From a virus, in the IMG/VR virus record IMGVR_UViG_3300024518_006178, positions 1 through 64,000 of that record: a stretch of 64,000 bases of DNA; one strand, 5' to 3'. The notes under the pieces are model-generated. The model was not told where the DNA came from. It did no database searches and saw only the letters and a list, made by a program, of their open reading frames with translations. A program made the translations under genes and the position numbers. Shown one piece after another: positions 45,523-56,309 of the stretch. The stretch's first letter is position 1. Every line of letters starts with the position of its first letter.

Positions 45523-47979
45523 ATGGCACGTTTTGAGTTGCCGGTTCAAAATTTCCTGATCACGAAGCTTCGTGAGAACTTTCCCGATATTAATCTTCGG
45601 GAGGGGTCTGCGTTTCGTGACATGTTGGTCAAGCCAGCGACGCTGCTTTTCCAGCCCTTCCGGGATCAGGTTCAGATCTTGAAGCGGAACACCTCTATCA
45701 GCAACTTCTCGTTGATGCTTGACGATGAGTTCGATCAGCTAGTGTCCAACTTCTTTGTCGAGAGGAGAGAGGGGGACCTGGCGTCCGGCATCGTGCGCGC
45801 CTTCTACAATGTCGCTCAGGACTCGCTGATCAACACGACGACAGCTTTTTTCACAGAGGATGGGCGGATATACAATCCCACGAGTCCGGTTGCGGTCACC
45901 GCTGCGGAGATGGCGCTGAATATAGAGGGCAACCTCTTCTTCGTGGACATTGCCGTCCAGTCTTCTGAGACCGGGGCGAACAAAAATGCCGATATTGGAG
46001 AGGTCTCGTTTGTGTCTAGTGGCCCTGCGGGGATTGTCCAGGTTACGAACAGCAATCCGATCACGGCGGGCACCAACAGGGAAACCAATACCAGGCTCTA
46101 CTCGCGGACGAAAAGCTCTATCGCGGTCCGGGACCTTGTGACCAAGCGCGCCATCACGGCGGTTCTTTTGGAGACGTTCACCTCTATTCGCGAGCTGCGC
46201 GTCTTCGGGTTCGGCGATACCGAGATGGAGAGAGATATTTCCCCCGTTGCCATCACCGGGCAAGAGCAGGCCTCAGGCGTGGGTACGGGAGCTACGCCGC
46301 TGATCGTTGCTACCGATACGGACATGGACTCGACGGTTGCCTTGTACATATTCACCTCGGCGGCGGCAACGTTTCTTACGGATGGAATCAAGCGCGGCAT
46401 GAGGCTCGATGTGGTCGCAATTTTCGGGGCCGCTGGAACTATCATAGAAGAGGTTGTGGACGAGAACACCTTGAGAACGTCGCAGCCTGCTGGGTCTACC
46501 ATGTCAGGCCTGACGTACTCCGTTACCGACCTCTCAAATTCGGTATTCGAAGATCTGACGGCTGAATTCACTGAGCTTATGGAGGGGTCAGCCATAAGCC
46601 TTAGCGGCACGGCGTTCACGGTGCACCCGCTGCACGACACGATTGTTTCGGAGTTTTTGAGCCCGACTCGACTGAAGCTGGGTGTGGGCTATCCGGAGGA
46701 CGTGACCACGCCCGAGTTGGACTACACCATAACTTCCGTGGCCAACATAGAAAATATCCACACCGGTGGCAAGGTCGACGTGTATTTGGACACAAACAGC
46801 TTGGCCGAGAGCGACATTCTTGTCCAGGTACCGGCAGACCTGAAGGTCTGGGTCAACCGTATCGTTCAGGATGGCGAGGTCGTTCTGGGGGAGTCGACGC
46901 TCACAACGGAGATCTATGACTTCCTGGCCAATGGGGTCACGCTGGACGATCAGCTTGAGCTTCTAGAGGGCCCGAACGTGGGCGTGTATGACATTGACAC
47001 TGTGGGTCAGTTTGAGCTGGATGTTGACATTCCGGGCGGTTGGCCCAGGGATGAGAAGGGCACGAGGTTCAGGATAATCCGGTCCTTCTACATTGATGGG
47101 GAGCCGTTTAATGTCCCCGTCATCAACGGAGTGTCAGGCGTGCAGCTTGACCCCGGAGACCTGTCAGAGCTGGCCGACCTGGGGGTCGGAGGGATTGTGG
47201 GGGGCACCGTGCTCGTCGGGGTGAACGGCCAGGGGGCCATAACCTCGAACATATTGGAAGACAACACCGTAGATTTCGTGGCCCTTGGCGTCGAAGAGGG
47301 ATTCCGACTCGTCATGCCAGATCCTCTCTTGGAGCTTGGCGGCAACACGCTGGGGACGATAATCGAGGTAATCGACTCGAATAACATAAGGGTCGAACCG
47401 GCTACGGGCACGGGCACCTGGTCGTGGACCATCTCGTTCAATACTCAGGCGTATGAGATCCTGGATCCTCCGCCCAATGACTTCACTCTGGTAAGCGTGG
47501 ACCCCGACACCAGGTTCTCTCCGCTACAGGACACATATTTCCTGTTCGACTCCCAGTGGGTGGGCAGCTATGTGAAGATCACGTATGCTGCGGACGCGAC
47601 AGTCCTGTCGTCTCAGGATTTTGCGGATAGCGACGACGAAAGAGTTGTCGCTGCCGACATACTGATAAAGCGCGCATGGCCCGCTTTTGTTGACATTGCC
47701 ATGGAATACCGAGGATCCATCGAAGAGGTGGACCTCGAAGCGATCCTGGCCGACTTCATAAACTCGACCGATTTTGATGACGGTCTGGAGAAGTCCGACA
47801 TAATCGCCTATCTCTACTCCTTTAACGTGAATTTCGCCACGACGAACTTCACGTGGAGCGCCACGGTGCTCACCAACGAGGATGCGAGCATATTTGTGAC
47901 GGATAGCAACGTCCTGGAGATTCCACGCCTGGCGCACTTCATCGCCAGGAACATCGAGCTCACGAAGACCGGAGAATAG
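45523..47979 (+). CDS. baseplate J-like (gp6-like) wedge protein with inserted domains
   Basis: GSAFRDMLVKP, R..G..ASG.VR, G.NRETN..L..R, GGKVDVY. Confidence 0.8.
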   Translation: MARFELPVQNFLITKLRENFPDINLREGSAFRDMLVKPATLLFQPFRDQVQILKRNTSISNFSLMLDDEFDQLVSNFFVERREGDLASGIVRAFYNVAQDSLINTTTAFFTEDGRIYNPTSPVAVTAAEMALNIEGNLFFVDIAVQSSETGANKNADIGEVSFVSSGPAGIVQVTNSNPITAGTNRETNTRLYSRTKSSIAVRDLVTKRAITAVLLETFTSIRELRVFGFGDTEMERDISPVAITGQEQASGVGTGATPLIVATDTDMDSTVALYIFTSAAATFLTDGIKRGMRLDVVAIFGAAGTIIEEVVDENTLRTSQPAGSTMSGLTYSVTDLSNSVFEDLTAEFTELMEGSAISLSGTAFTVHPLHDTIVSEFLSPTRLKLGVGYPEDVTTPELDYTITSVANIENIHTGGKVDVYLDTNSLAESDILVQVPADLKVWVNRIVQDGEVVLGESTLTTEIYDFLANGVTLDDQLELLEGPNVGVYDIDTVGQFELDVDIPGGWPRDEKGTRFRIIRSFYIDGEPFNVPVINGVSGVQLDPGDLSELADLGVGGIVGGTVLVGVNGQGAITSNILEDNTVDFVALGVEEGFRLVMPDPLLELGGNTLGTIIEVIDSNNIRVEPATGTGTWSWTISFNTQAYEILDPPPNDFTLVSVDPDTRFSPLQDTYFLFDSQWVGSYVKITYAADATVLSSQDFADSDDERVVAADILIKRAWPAFVDIAMEYRGSIEEVDLEAILADFINSTDFDDGLEKSDIIAYLYSFNVNFATTNFTWSATVLTNEDASIFVTDSNVLEIPRLAHFIARNIELTKTGE

Positions 47980-47981
47980 GC

Positions 47982-49019
47982 ATGGCGATTAGAAACCTCG
48001 TAGTCAACTACCCCACATCCACGACGAAGGGGGTCGTCCTGACGAACCTCATGGAGGCGCTTACCAGCACGGGAGCCTTCTCGGGTGCGGGTGCGGGCAT
48101 GACGCTGGTGGAGGACAGCATTACGGGCGATGACTTCTTTGTCGTCCAGGCGGACCAGCCGACCGAGCCGCTCAGCCGGATGATATTGAAGGTTGAGTAT
48201 GTGTTTGCTTCGGCGGTGGACTGGATTTGGGTCACCCCATACGAAATCTGGACTCCCGGTGCTCCGGGAGTCGGCACGAATTCTGTGAACTTTGTGGATC
48301 CGGCCCTCTCGCCCACCACCTCCCCTGATCGTCGCTCCCATCGTATCGACTTTACGAATGGCGGAAACTTCTACCTCGACTGTGACGATACGACAGGTCT
48401 GTACCTCGGAGTTCACTCTGAGTACAACCTCGCAGTCCCGGTCCAGAACACAGTGGGGCACAAGATTTGTGTTTGCAGCAACCAGAAATCATCGTTGTCA
48501 GGGAATCTGGGCGTCAACTATGGCGTGATTGGCGCGTCGCAGAACACCACCGGGACCTATTTCATGAACGTCCTTAATGCGGCCAACACCTTATTTTGGG
48601 TGCCGCCTGTGAATCATTTGGGTTTCGCGTCAAATGGTGGGTCGGCACTCTCTACCAGTACCGAGCGCGCCGCCTACATCTGCTCGCCTCCGTTTGCGAA
48701 CGGAATAATATCGGGGAATAGGCAGACGCTTACCGGGCGTGGAGGCGTTGAGATTACCTTCGACACGTACAACGACGGCGAGCTTCTTTGGCCCATGCAC
48801 ATTATGAATGTCGGACCCCGGCACACGACGCCTGGGCCTGTCGGTATGGCCTACGGCTATCGCGGCATTGCCCACGGCCTATTTGGTTATGGTGTCGGTG
48901 CCCTGGTCGGATGGCGCAGCACGGTCATAGACGACGACACATCAAGGAAGTTCTTCGTGTACTCTGGGGACGGATCCAGCGGCGTAGAGGCACCGAAATT
49001 CTGCCTAGAGAAGGTGTAG
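47982..49019 (+). CDS. putative virion structural protein
   Basis: Beta-rich 345-aa ORF in the baseplate operon. Confidence 0.5.
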   Translation: MAIRNLVVNYPTSTTKGVVLTNLMEALTSTGAFSGAGAGMTLVEDSITGDDFFVVQADQPTEPLSRMILKVEYVFASAVDWIWVTPYEIWTPGAPGVGTNSVNFVDPALSPTTSPDRRSHRIDFTNGGNFYLDCDDTTGLYLGVHSEYNLAVPVQNTVGHKICVCSNQKSSLSGNLGVNYGVIGASQNTTGTYFMNVLNAANTLFWVPPVNHLGFASNGGSALSTSTERAAYICSPPFANGIISGNRQTLTGRGGVEITFDTYNDGELLWPMHIMNVGPRHTTPGPVGMAYGYRGIAHGLFGYGVGALVGWRSTVIDDDTSRKFFVYSGDGSSGVEAPKFCLEKV

Positions 49020-49022
49020 ATA

Positions 49023-49523
49023 ATGGCTGACGATCAAGCTAACAACGCTTATGCGGCCTGGTCGGCGACAGTCGACAACAACATCATCGGGCTGTTTACG
49101 GGGACGACGACGCTTACGCCGGTCGACGACCTGCCGTCGGGCATACTGGAAGATGCGATTCCGCAGGGCCTCATTGCGCCTTATCGGGACGCAGTTCTGG
49201 GCACAATTTGGGAGACCGGGGATAGCGAGCCTCCGGAATTCATAGATCCAGACCCGCAGATCTTGTCGAAGGTGGTTGACGAAGATGGTAGAGCAAGATT
49301 TGTGGGCGAGGCTGGGCCTACCGATGCGCCCTATGTTACGATAAGATGGGAAGTAGACATGCAGCCCAGCATCAGAATATGCCTTCTAGAGAAGGTCAAC
49401 GAGCTGATGCCGTTGCGCGAAACGATAGACGACACGATTCAGCTGCCGACAACGCTTAGCTTGAAGGATGGGGTCGTACGCCTCACGGTGATTCCGCAAA
49501 CAGATCTCCTAACGGTGACCTAA
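49023..49523 (+). CDS. hypothetical protein
   Basis: Coupled ORF. Confidence 0.5.
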   Translation: MADDQANNAYAAWSATVDNNIIGLFTGTTTLTPVDDLPSGILEDAIPQGLIAPYRDAVLGTIWETGDSEPPEFIDPDPQILSKVVDEDGRARFVGEAGPTDAPYVTIRWEVDMQPSIRICLLEKVNELMPLRETIDDTIQLPTTLSLKDGVVRLTVIPQTDLLTVT

Positions 49524-52015
49524 TGTCACAAAAGTTCATAAGTCCAGGTCTTCCGCTTACGGATCCGAACTGGAACAACATCGCGCCGACCAGCACGCAG
49601 TTCCCTATTGTTGTTCCGGATCCTCGCGGGGAGCCCAGCATCATAGCGAGCGGAGAGGGCGGTCCGTGTCCCGTATATACGACCAGCTGCGGCATCACGA
49701 CGCTGAAGTTGGATTCCGAGCAAATATTCAAGGTCCTGTCAAATTTCTGGGACTTTTACACCCAACGATGTTTCCTGGCCAAGTTCTGGGAGGGGCTAGG
49801 ACAAGTCCTGGACAACGAATATATCCAGGTGTTTCAGATCGGCACGTCTCGATCCGTGAATACTGTGCCCACAGAGTGGCACTACCAGTGGATACGGCTC
49901 GACGCAACCTTCGTTGATCTCGAAGGGGTTGGGGCAATACACGATCATTTCTTCGTGGAGTTCACGGCCACTGGCGGCGAAACCACGGTAGATATTCCCC
50001 TGGCGGTGGCTCCGCAGAGGATATACGTCTACCTGAATGGCGTGCTGCTGTCCGACTCCGCGATTATGGGCGCATCGATAAACTGGGAATATGATGCGGG
50101 GAACAAGCAGATACTATTCTATGATCCGCTTGTCCTTGACGACCATGTGTTTGTTTCGTGGCTCGAAGAGAGCGACGTGCTTACAAATCCTCACGAGCAC
50201 TACATTTTCTTCGAGCAGCCTGGCCTAGCAAAGAGCGTCTGGACTGATGCCGTCGGAGATGCGTTCGATCCGGACCTACGGAGTTCGTATGAGTCAGGGT
50301 CTGCGGACAATCCAATCAATGTGTATGCGAACGGCGTTAGGCAGGAAAGGACCGCGAACTATACGGAAGATAGCGACACGTCGCTAACCCTGCTGGATAC
50401 GATCACGACCCCGGAAACGATTGCGCTCCACTGGCGCAATGCGTTCCCGGAGGCCGTCCCCCATAGCCACGACACCTTTTCTCTTCTGGTGTCAAGCCCG
50501 CAGCTCGCCGTGGAGCTGCCGTTCAATCTGGACGCAGGCGAGGCCAAGGAGCGCGTATCGGTAAATGGCGTATTGCAGATCAGGGGCATCGATTACTCTC
50601 TACAGGCCATAAACACGCTATATTTCAATGGCGACACTCTTGTCGCCAACGACATTGTAGTCGTGGAGAGCTGGGCGGACCCAAGAGGGTTTGCGTACAA
50701 GATCGATAACTCCATCATAAGGATGCCCTTCCTTCAGAATGGCATTGACGAAACGGCCATCAATGGCCCCGACCTCTGCTTCAGGGAGGGCGTCGAGTAT
50801 ATAGTCGAGAACGTGCCGGATCCTGAGACGGGCGTTCAGATCAGGGTCGTTCGCATCAATCAAGCCTTGGATCTCGATGATACAGAGTGGTGGATCCCCG
50901 ATCTCTATGTCAATGAGATGGTCATCGAGAAGAACTTCGGTGATCCCGTGGGCTTCATTCTGGAGAATGGCGAATTCTACAAGCTGGCAACCCGGGCGTT
51001 TTGGCATGCCCTGTGGAATGGTGCGGACATAGCCATTGTCGAGAACACGCTCAAGGCCCTGTCGAACCTCCCCTTCACAGCAGAGGGCGGGCGCGTCACG
51101 GTTGTGCGCGACAATGGCGACGACACGTTCCTCTTGCGTCTGGATAATGGTGAGGAGTTCACCGTGCCCGTGGGGTTCCTCCCCGTCTACGAGGTGAACG
51201 ACATAGTTCCGCCATTCTCTGGGCTGTCTGATGGCGTAAAGGTCTACGATAGCTTCAACTATCCTGGATGGCCGAACCTAGTAGACGACATTATTGAGAC
51301 GCTGAATAAGTTTTCAGTCAACGGCCCCATATCGGGCTGGTGGGATGATGGTGGAGAGCTTGACGACGGAGGCAATTTCGACGAGTGGCCAGAGGCGACA
51401 GAGGAGGAGATCTCTGACCTGGTCGAGGCCATGAAGCCGCATCTCTTTGTTGTGGAGTTCAACGACCTTGTCTTTGCGATAGATAACCCCTCGATACCGG
51501 GCGACACGTTCTCGGCTCGCGTCGAGAATTACCTGGCCAGCATAGAGTCGCTCCTGGAGCAGCTCAAGCCCGCGTATACGAACTACGTGATAATCGTCAA
51601 ACTGACAGGCGAGGAGTTCGAGGAGGACTACTTTGCTCAGTTCCCGGCGACAGACGAGCTTGACCTTGATCCCAGCATGGCTGGCACGACAGAATCGTGG
51701 GACAACTTCGATGACGGCGGGTTCTTCGACACGAACTTCGGCGGGGTGTTCCAGACGGCGGCCACCGGAATTGACCCGGACATTAGTCTCCCGGCAGAGC
51801 TGTCGTACAACGTCGGGTTCAGTGAGATTGTGGTGTATGTCGACGGCGTGCTCCAGGTCATAACCGTTGGGTTCAACGAGATCGACAACGTGACCGTCGA
51901 AGTCGTCGGCACGTTCTCGGGTGGCGAAGTCATCGAGATCTACAGAGACGACACGGGCGAGATCCCGTACGACCACCGTGGTCCCTCAGAGGAGGTGACT
52001 ATTGTTTTGTCGTGA
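49523..52015 (+). CDS. putative baseplate wedge protein with repeated VYxNGVLQ domains
   Basis: LSNFW N-terminus, four V..[ND]GV.[LQ] repeats, LKPAYT motif. Confidence 0.6.
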   Translation: MSQKFISPGLPLTDPNWNNIAPTSTQFPIVVPDPRGEPSIIASGEGGPCPVYTTSCGITTLKLDSEQIFKVLSNFWDFYTQRCFLAKFWEGLGQVLDNEYIQVFQIGTSRSVNTVPTEWHYQWIRLDATFVDLEGVGAIHDHFFVEFTATGGETTVDIPLAVAPQRIYVYLNGVLLSDSAIMGASINWEYDAGNKQILFYDPLVLDDHVFVSWLEESDVLTNPHEHYIFFEQPGLAKSVWTDAVGDAFDPDLRSSYESGSADNPINVYANGVRQERTANYTEDSDTSLTLLDTITTPETIALHWRNAFPEAVPHSHDTFSLLVSSPQLAVELPFNLDAGEAKERVSVNGVLQIRGIDYSLQAINTLYFNGDTLVANDIVVVESWADPRGFAYKIDNSIIRMPFLQNGIDETAINGPDLCFREGVEYIVENVPDPETGVQIRVVRINQALDLDDTEWWIPDLYVNEMVIEKNFGDPVGFILENGEFYKLATRAFWHALWNGADIAIVENTLKALSNLPFTAEGGRVTVVRDNGDDTFLLRLDNGEEFTVPVGFLPVYEVNDIVPPFSGLSDGVKVYDSFNYPGWPNLVDDIIETLNKFSVNGPISGWWDDGGELDDGGNFDEWPEATEEEISDLVEAMKPHLFVVEFNDLVFAIDNPSIPGDTFSARVENYLASIESLLEQLKPAYTNYVIIVKLTGEEFEEDYFAQFPATDELDLDPSMAGTTESWDNFDDGGFFDTNFGGVFQTAATGIDPDISLPAELSYNVGFSEIVVYVDGVLQVITVGFNEIDNVTVEVVGTFSGGEVIEIYRDDTGEIPYDHRGPSEEVTIVLS

Positions 52016-52083
52016 GTTACAAATGTATATACATTGCCAGCGAACACCATGGCGGCTATAATTGAGCCCCAAGGAGAAGAGAT

Positions 52084-52560
52084 ATGAAGCGACTGGATGA
52101 AAAATTTACGGGCCCCTCCGGCGAGGTGCTAATCGAGGGGTTCGGCCCTGACGGTGGGCGAGTTCTCGTGCGCAAGGCCAACTTGATCGTGGATCGCGGC
52201 AGAGAGCTCATGGCTGATTACTACGGAGGCATATTCTCCGACCCGATTGCCCAGATCGCTCTGGGCGACAATGGGGATCCGGGCAACACGCCTCCGCCCC
52301 CGGCTGTAGGGGATACTGCGCTCGGAGGCGAGATTGTTGGAGGCCGCAAGCCGCTTGGGTCCACCACTAGACCCACCCTGCTCAGGACCGAGTTCCAGGT
52401 GACGTATGGCACAACGGAGGCCAACACCACGATGAACGAGGCGGGGCTTTTCGCTGGAGCCATCGCCCCCGCGCCCATTATGGTGGCGCGTGTGGTTTTT
52501 GCACCGTTCACAAAGACAATCGCGCTCACGCTGACGATCACGTGGAAGATAACGTTCTAG
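52084..52560 (+). CDS. tail-collar/fibre attachment domain protein
   Basis: NLIVD.G, IALGD, D.ALG.E, EAN....EAGLF, K.....LTITW.I.F. Confidence 0.7.
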   Translation: MKRLDEKFTGPSGEVLIEGFGPDGGRVLVRKANLIVDRGRELMADYYGGIFSDPIAQIALGDNGDPGNTPPPPAVGDTALGGEIVGGRKPLGSTTRPTLLRTEFQVTYGTTEANTTMNEAGLFAGAIAPAPIMVARVVFAPFTKTIALTLTITWKITF

Positions 52561-52573
52561 TAGGGACCCTATA

Positions 52574-54550
52574 ATGTCACAGAATATCACGCTAGAGTCC
52601 AAGGCTAAGCGGTCTTCTATTATCCAGAATAGAAGGTTTCTCGGCATACTCCCCGGCGGGAAGTATAAGGGTTTCTATATTACGGCCAGCGGCTCCAACC
52701 TGGTCCTGGGGCTGTCGTCGATCAATCCGGCGACGCTCCTTGACGACGGAACAAACATTCTTCTCACCGAAGAGGGCATCCGGATCGAGGAGGATGCTGA
52801 TATTGCCGCTGTTGTCACCCTGGCACCCGGGGATCCGGATCCTAGAATCGACCTGGTGGCAACGAAGCATCGATACAGTGCCGCAAATGAGCCAGCAGAG
52901 CACGTTGTCATACCTGGTTTGGCGGCTCCTTCGCCTATTGCGCCGGACATTCCTGTGGATGGATTCCAGTACGTGGTTCTCGCCCAGGTAACGGTTGGCG
53001 CGTCGGCAACGGATGTTGATCAAACCGACGTGAACAATCTGTCGCTGGTGGCGATTAGCGTGACGACCCAGCCGCTGGTGTCGCTTTCGGACGTTAGTCC
53101 GAGTGAAGCGGACGCCTTCCAGAATATGAATGCGCCGAGTCTGGCGAATCCCACGGCCACAATTCAGGACATTACCGACGCCCTATTGGGTTTTGTTGCG
53201 AGCGTAGACGACCTCGGGCACTGGAAGGTGTCGGCGCAGAGCACCCCTTCCAGTAGTGTCGATGTGACCGGGGGAAGAGCCTACAACCCCGAGATGGATA
53301 CGACTACGGTTATTGCGGCGGGCACCGTGGGCCCGTTTGCGGTGGTACCGAGCGGCGGGGACACGCGAACAGACCTCATTGTCGTCAATCAGACGACCCA
53401 AGCCTTCGCGGTGCGTTCTGGCGTCGTGAACGGCGCTATCGGCCAACCGTTGTTTGCCGACTATCCCGTGGCGCGCGTATTCGTAAATGAGACTTCAGGG
53501 GTTGTGATTGATGCGGCGGATATTACCGACGTAAAGCCCCTCTTCTGGAGGCACGACCAGAGGGTGTCCGGCCTCTTCTATGAGGATGGAAGCCCGGTCG
53601 ATTCTGGCGTTGCGGACGGGCTACAGGCCTCTGAGGCGTCGTCGCCTGGCTCCGGAAACCGGTATCTTACGAATGACGACCTTGATTTGGCCGGGGCCGA
53701 CTCGATTGGATACGTGCCGAGCGCGGCTGGCAACTGGGTGATCACCGCCCCCGACGATGTTGCCAACGCCCTTGACCGTGCTGTCGCCAGGCTTGCCTTG
53801 GTCGAAGAGATTCCGATTGTCAATAAAGAGCTCTTCATAGGCGAAACGCCATCGACCATAACCAAGGACAATTACTACGTCAATGCTGGTATCAAATGCA
53901 CATTGGTGGATAATCCTGCGGCACCGACAAAGAGGCGCACGTATACGGCCCCATCAACCATAACGGGCACGGTGTCGTCGAGCGGCCTAAACGGCTTGGA
54001 CTTCGGCACGTTGGCCATCAACACTTGGTATCACATTTACCTCATTGGCGACTCGACGAATATAAGCCCTCTGGCGACAGTGTTCTCCGCCAATGCCTCG
54101 GCCCCGACGTATCCAACCGGATACGATATATCTAGACGCATAGGATCCATGCGGACAAATGGTTCCAGCGAGGCGCTGCGGGCAAGCAGCTTCGATGGGT
54201 GGACCAGCATGTGGAGTCCGCAAATAGCGGCGCTGTCCTCCCCCGTCGTGCTTCCAGGGGCCACCATTGGTCTAGGGGTGCACGTCCCTCCCGGGTGCCG
54301 GAAGGCGCGTATGACGGTCGACTATGCGGCCTCGGGGGGCGACACGCTGTACACGGCGATAGGCACCCTCGCGCCCACTAATGATGTGAATATGTGGAAG
54401 CGAGTGGTGGCTCATGTGGGGGCCGTGGCGGATATACAGGTCCAGTGGATGCAGCATCTGGACGGCTCATCCCAATTTTATGTCGCCACTGCATCGGCAC
54501 TCGCAACCCTTTTCGACGTTCAGGTTGACGAATATTTCGAGGAACTCTGA
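52574..54550 (+). CDS. tail fibre protein
   Basis: PRIDLV/RTDLIV repeats; WYHIYLIG...PT.P.GYD..RRIG C-terminal domain. Confidence 0.65.
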   Translation: MSQNITLESKAKRSSIIQNRRFLGILPGGKYKGFYITASGSNLVLGLSSINPATLLDDGTNILLTEEGIRIEEDADIAAVVTLAPGDPDPRIDLVATKHRYSAANEPAEHVVIPGLAAPSPIAPDIPVDGFQYVVLAQVTVGASATDVDQTDVNNLSLVAISVTTQPLVSLSDVSPSEADAFQNMNAPSLANPTATIQDITDALLGFVASVDDLGHWKVSAQSTPSSSVDVTGGRAYNPEMDTTTVIAAGTVGPFAVVPSGGDTRTDLIVVNQTTQAFAVRSGVVNGAIGQPLFADYPVARVFVNETSGVVIDAADITDVKPLFWRHDQRVSGLFYEDGSPVDSGVADGLQASEASSPGSGNRYLTNDDLDLAGADSIGYVPSAAGNWVITAPDDVANALDRAVARLALVEEIPIVNKELFIGETPSTITKDNYYVNAGIKCTLVDNPAAPTKRRTYTAPSTITGTVSSSGLNGLDFGTLAINTWYHIYLIGDSTNISPLATVFSANASAPTYPTGYDISRRIGSMRTNGSSEALRASSFDGWTSMWSPQIAALSSPVVLPGATIGLGVHVPPGCRKARMTVDYAASGGDTLYTAIGTLAPTNDVNMWKRVVAHVGAVADIQVQWMQHLDGSSQFYVATASALATLFDVQVDEYFEEL

Positions 54551-54552
54551 GC

Positions 54553-56295
54553 ATGGCACAGTCACAGCATCCAGAATTCGGCCAGAATAGATTCAGTATT
54601 GCTCTGGTTGACGGCCTCAAAAACATCGTGGACCCGGGTGTTTACTCCGGGTTCAAGGTGGTGGTGGTTACAGCCACCTTCGACATAGAGATTCGCAACC
54701 TGGGCGTGGTGGGTCGAGCCAAGACGACGAGCGGCGTCACCATCGAGGATAACGACACCTCTAGCGCCCTAGATACCATCTCCGTTATTCCGACCCCAAA
54801 CTTGGGCGAGACAAGAATCATTGTGGCCGTAATGAGGTATGCCCATTTGTTGAGCGCGGTTGCGACCTACGAGTTGGTTTATGGAGCTCAGACTGCTGGC
54901 GTGCCCGTAAAACCTGTTATCCCTACGGACGCGATAGAGCTAGCGTCGTGGGAGCTCCCAGAGACTGCGGCGGACATGGACGACGCGGTGAACTTCACCA
55001 ACGTGCTCGAAAGCAATGTCGCTGGCCAGCCCTTGGCTCCTGCTGACGCCACCAACATTTCTGACATTCTTTTGACCGGTGCTGACGGTGGGTCTGAAGA
55101 CAAGTGGTCCCGTTCTGACCACTCGCACAACCACAACAACCTGTCCGCTGTGCCGACAGGGTCGCCTCACGACCTGGGGCAGATTGGTGTCGCCCCAACG
55201 ACCGCTGGCGACTGGGTGGCCCCGCCGACGGACGCTCAACTGGCGCTCGATGAGCTTGCGGCTCGCCTCACCACCGCAGTCGCGCCTGAGGATATTGGTG
55301 TGGCGGCGGCGGCAGGAACATCGAAAGAAGCTGCTCGTGCCGACCACGAGCACGATCATGGTGACCTAACGGGCAACGTGGCCACGCACCACGATACTGT
55401 CCAATCGGTTCATACTCAGGCCAATCCAGCAGCCTGGGCTACACCCGATGGGGGCACCGTCAAGGCGCACCTGGATGAGCTGGCGGGCGTTGGTGCGGCC
55501 AGCGTGCTTTATGAAACCACGGGCCTTTCCATAGAGTGGGGCTCGACCATTGATCAAGCAGTCGTAAAGGAGGGCTTGAGCGTAGTCCTTTACGACGAAA
55601 TGGCGGGCGTGCCCGGAATAAGCGCCACGCCGACGCTGGCGCTGGGTGCCCGGTATACCGCTGACCTCACGCTTGATAAAACGACCGCAACAAGCGCCTT
55701 GGGCCGTGACGTTGCAGGTGCTTTCTCAATTGACACATGGGTTGGGCTTTTCGCCATCGGCGACACGTCCGGCGTAGCGAGCCCGTCGTTCATCTTCTCC
55801 CAGGACTTCACCAATGGTCCGACCTTGCCTGGCACCTATGATGTTTTCCGGCTTCTGTCGATGGGCCGGAATGATGGCAGCGGGGAGCTTATCCCTAGCC
55901 GCAAGATCGGCAAGACTACAATGTACCTGGATGAGCAGCTGGTGTTTTCAGGAGCCCCGCCTATAAGCACGATGGACGGGATCACCACGAGTGAGTTTAT
56001 GCCGACCGAGGATTTGGGCGATCTCATTGGGCACTACGGCGCTAATGGTGGTTCCGGGTCCAACCAGGTCTCGACGATGTGGCTGGCCCACGGGAGCAAA
56101 ATTGGCGCTACCAACGAGGGCTACATCGCCCTGCGGTCGTTCGCCAACTTTTCCGGTTCCATGGCCGTGGGCAACGCGTTGAGCGTGCCCACGCGGGGTG
56201 GGGCTGCCGATAATATTGCAAAATCTAGAAACAATGGCGTCGCCTTTACGGGTGCCGATGTTCTTGTGCAGGGGTGGGATGACAACATCGTTTAA
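54553..56295 (+). CDS. tail fibre protein (paralog of 52574..54550) with HxH motifs
   Basis: GVYSGF N-terminus; RSDHSH and RADHEH; shared C-terminal domain. Confidence 0.65.
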   Translation: MAQSQHPEFGQNRFSIALVDGLKNIVDPGVYSGFKVVVVTATFDIEIRNLGVVGRAKTTSGVTIEDNDTSSALDTISVIPTPNLGETRIIVAVMRYAHLLSAVATYELVYGAQTAGVPVKPVIPTDAIELASWELPETAADMDDAVNFTNVLESNVAGQPLAPADATNISDILLTGADGGSEDKWSRSDHSHNHNNLSAVPTGSPHDLGQIGVAPTTAGDWVAPPTDAQLALDELAARLTTAVAPEDIGVAAAAGTSKEAARADHEHDHGDLTGNVATHHDTVQSVHTQANPAAWATPDGGTVKAHLDELAGVGAASVLYETTGLSIEWGSTIDQAVVKEGLSVVLYDEMAGVPGISATPTLALGARYTADLTLDKTTATSALGRDVAGAFSIDTWVGLFAIGDTSGVASPSFIFSQDFTNGPTLPGTYDVFRLLSMGRNDGSGELIPSRKIGKTTMYLDEQLVFSGAPPISTMDGITTSEFMPTEDLGDLIGHYGANGGSGSNQVSTMWLAHGSKIGATNEGYIALRSFANFSGSMAVGNALSVPTRGGAADNIAKSRNNGVAFTGADVLVQGWDDNIV

Positions 56296-56309
56296 GAGGA
56301 GGATAGCGC

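Noticed and set aside
5498-52066. Late promoter consensus from AT-rich patches at about 5500, 8765 and 52055
   Set aside because: Too dissimilar to define a motif by eye.
10963-56295. Tailocin/eCIS/T6SS rather than phage
   Set aside because: Neck proteins, replication genes and phage-like early genes are interleaved, indicating a phage genome; capsid and terminase presumably lie outside the window.
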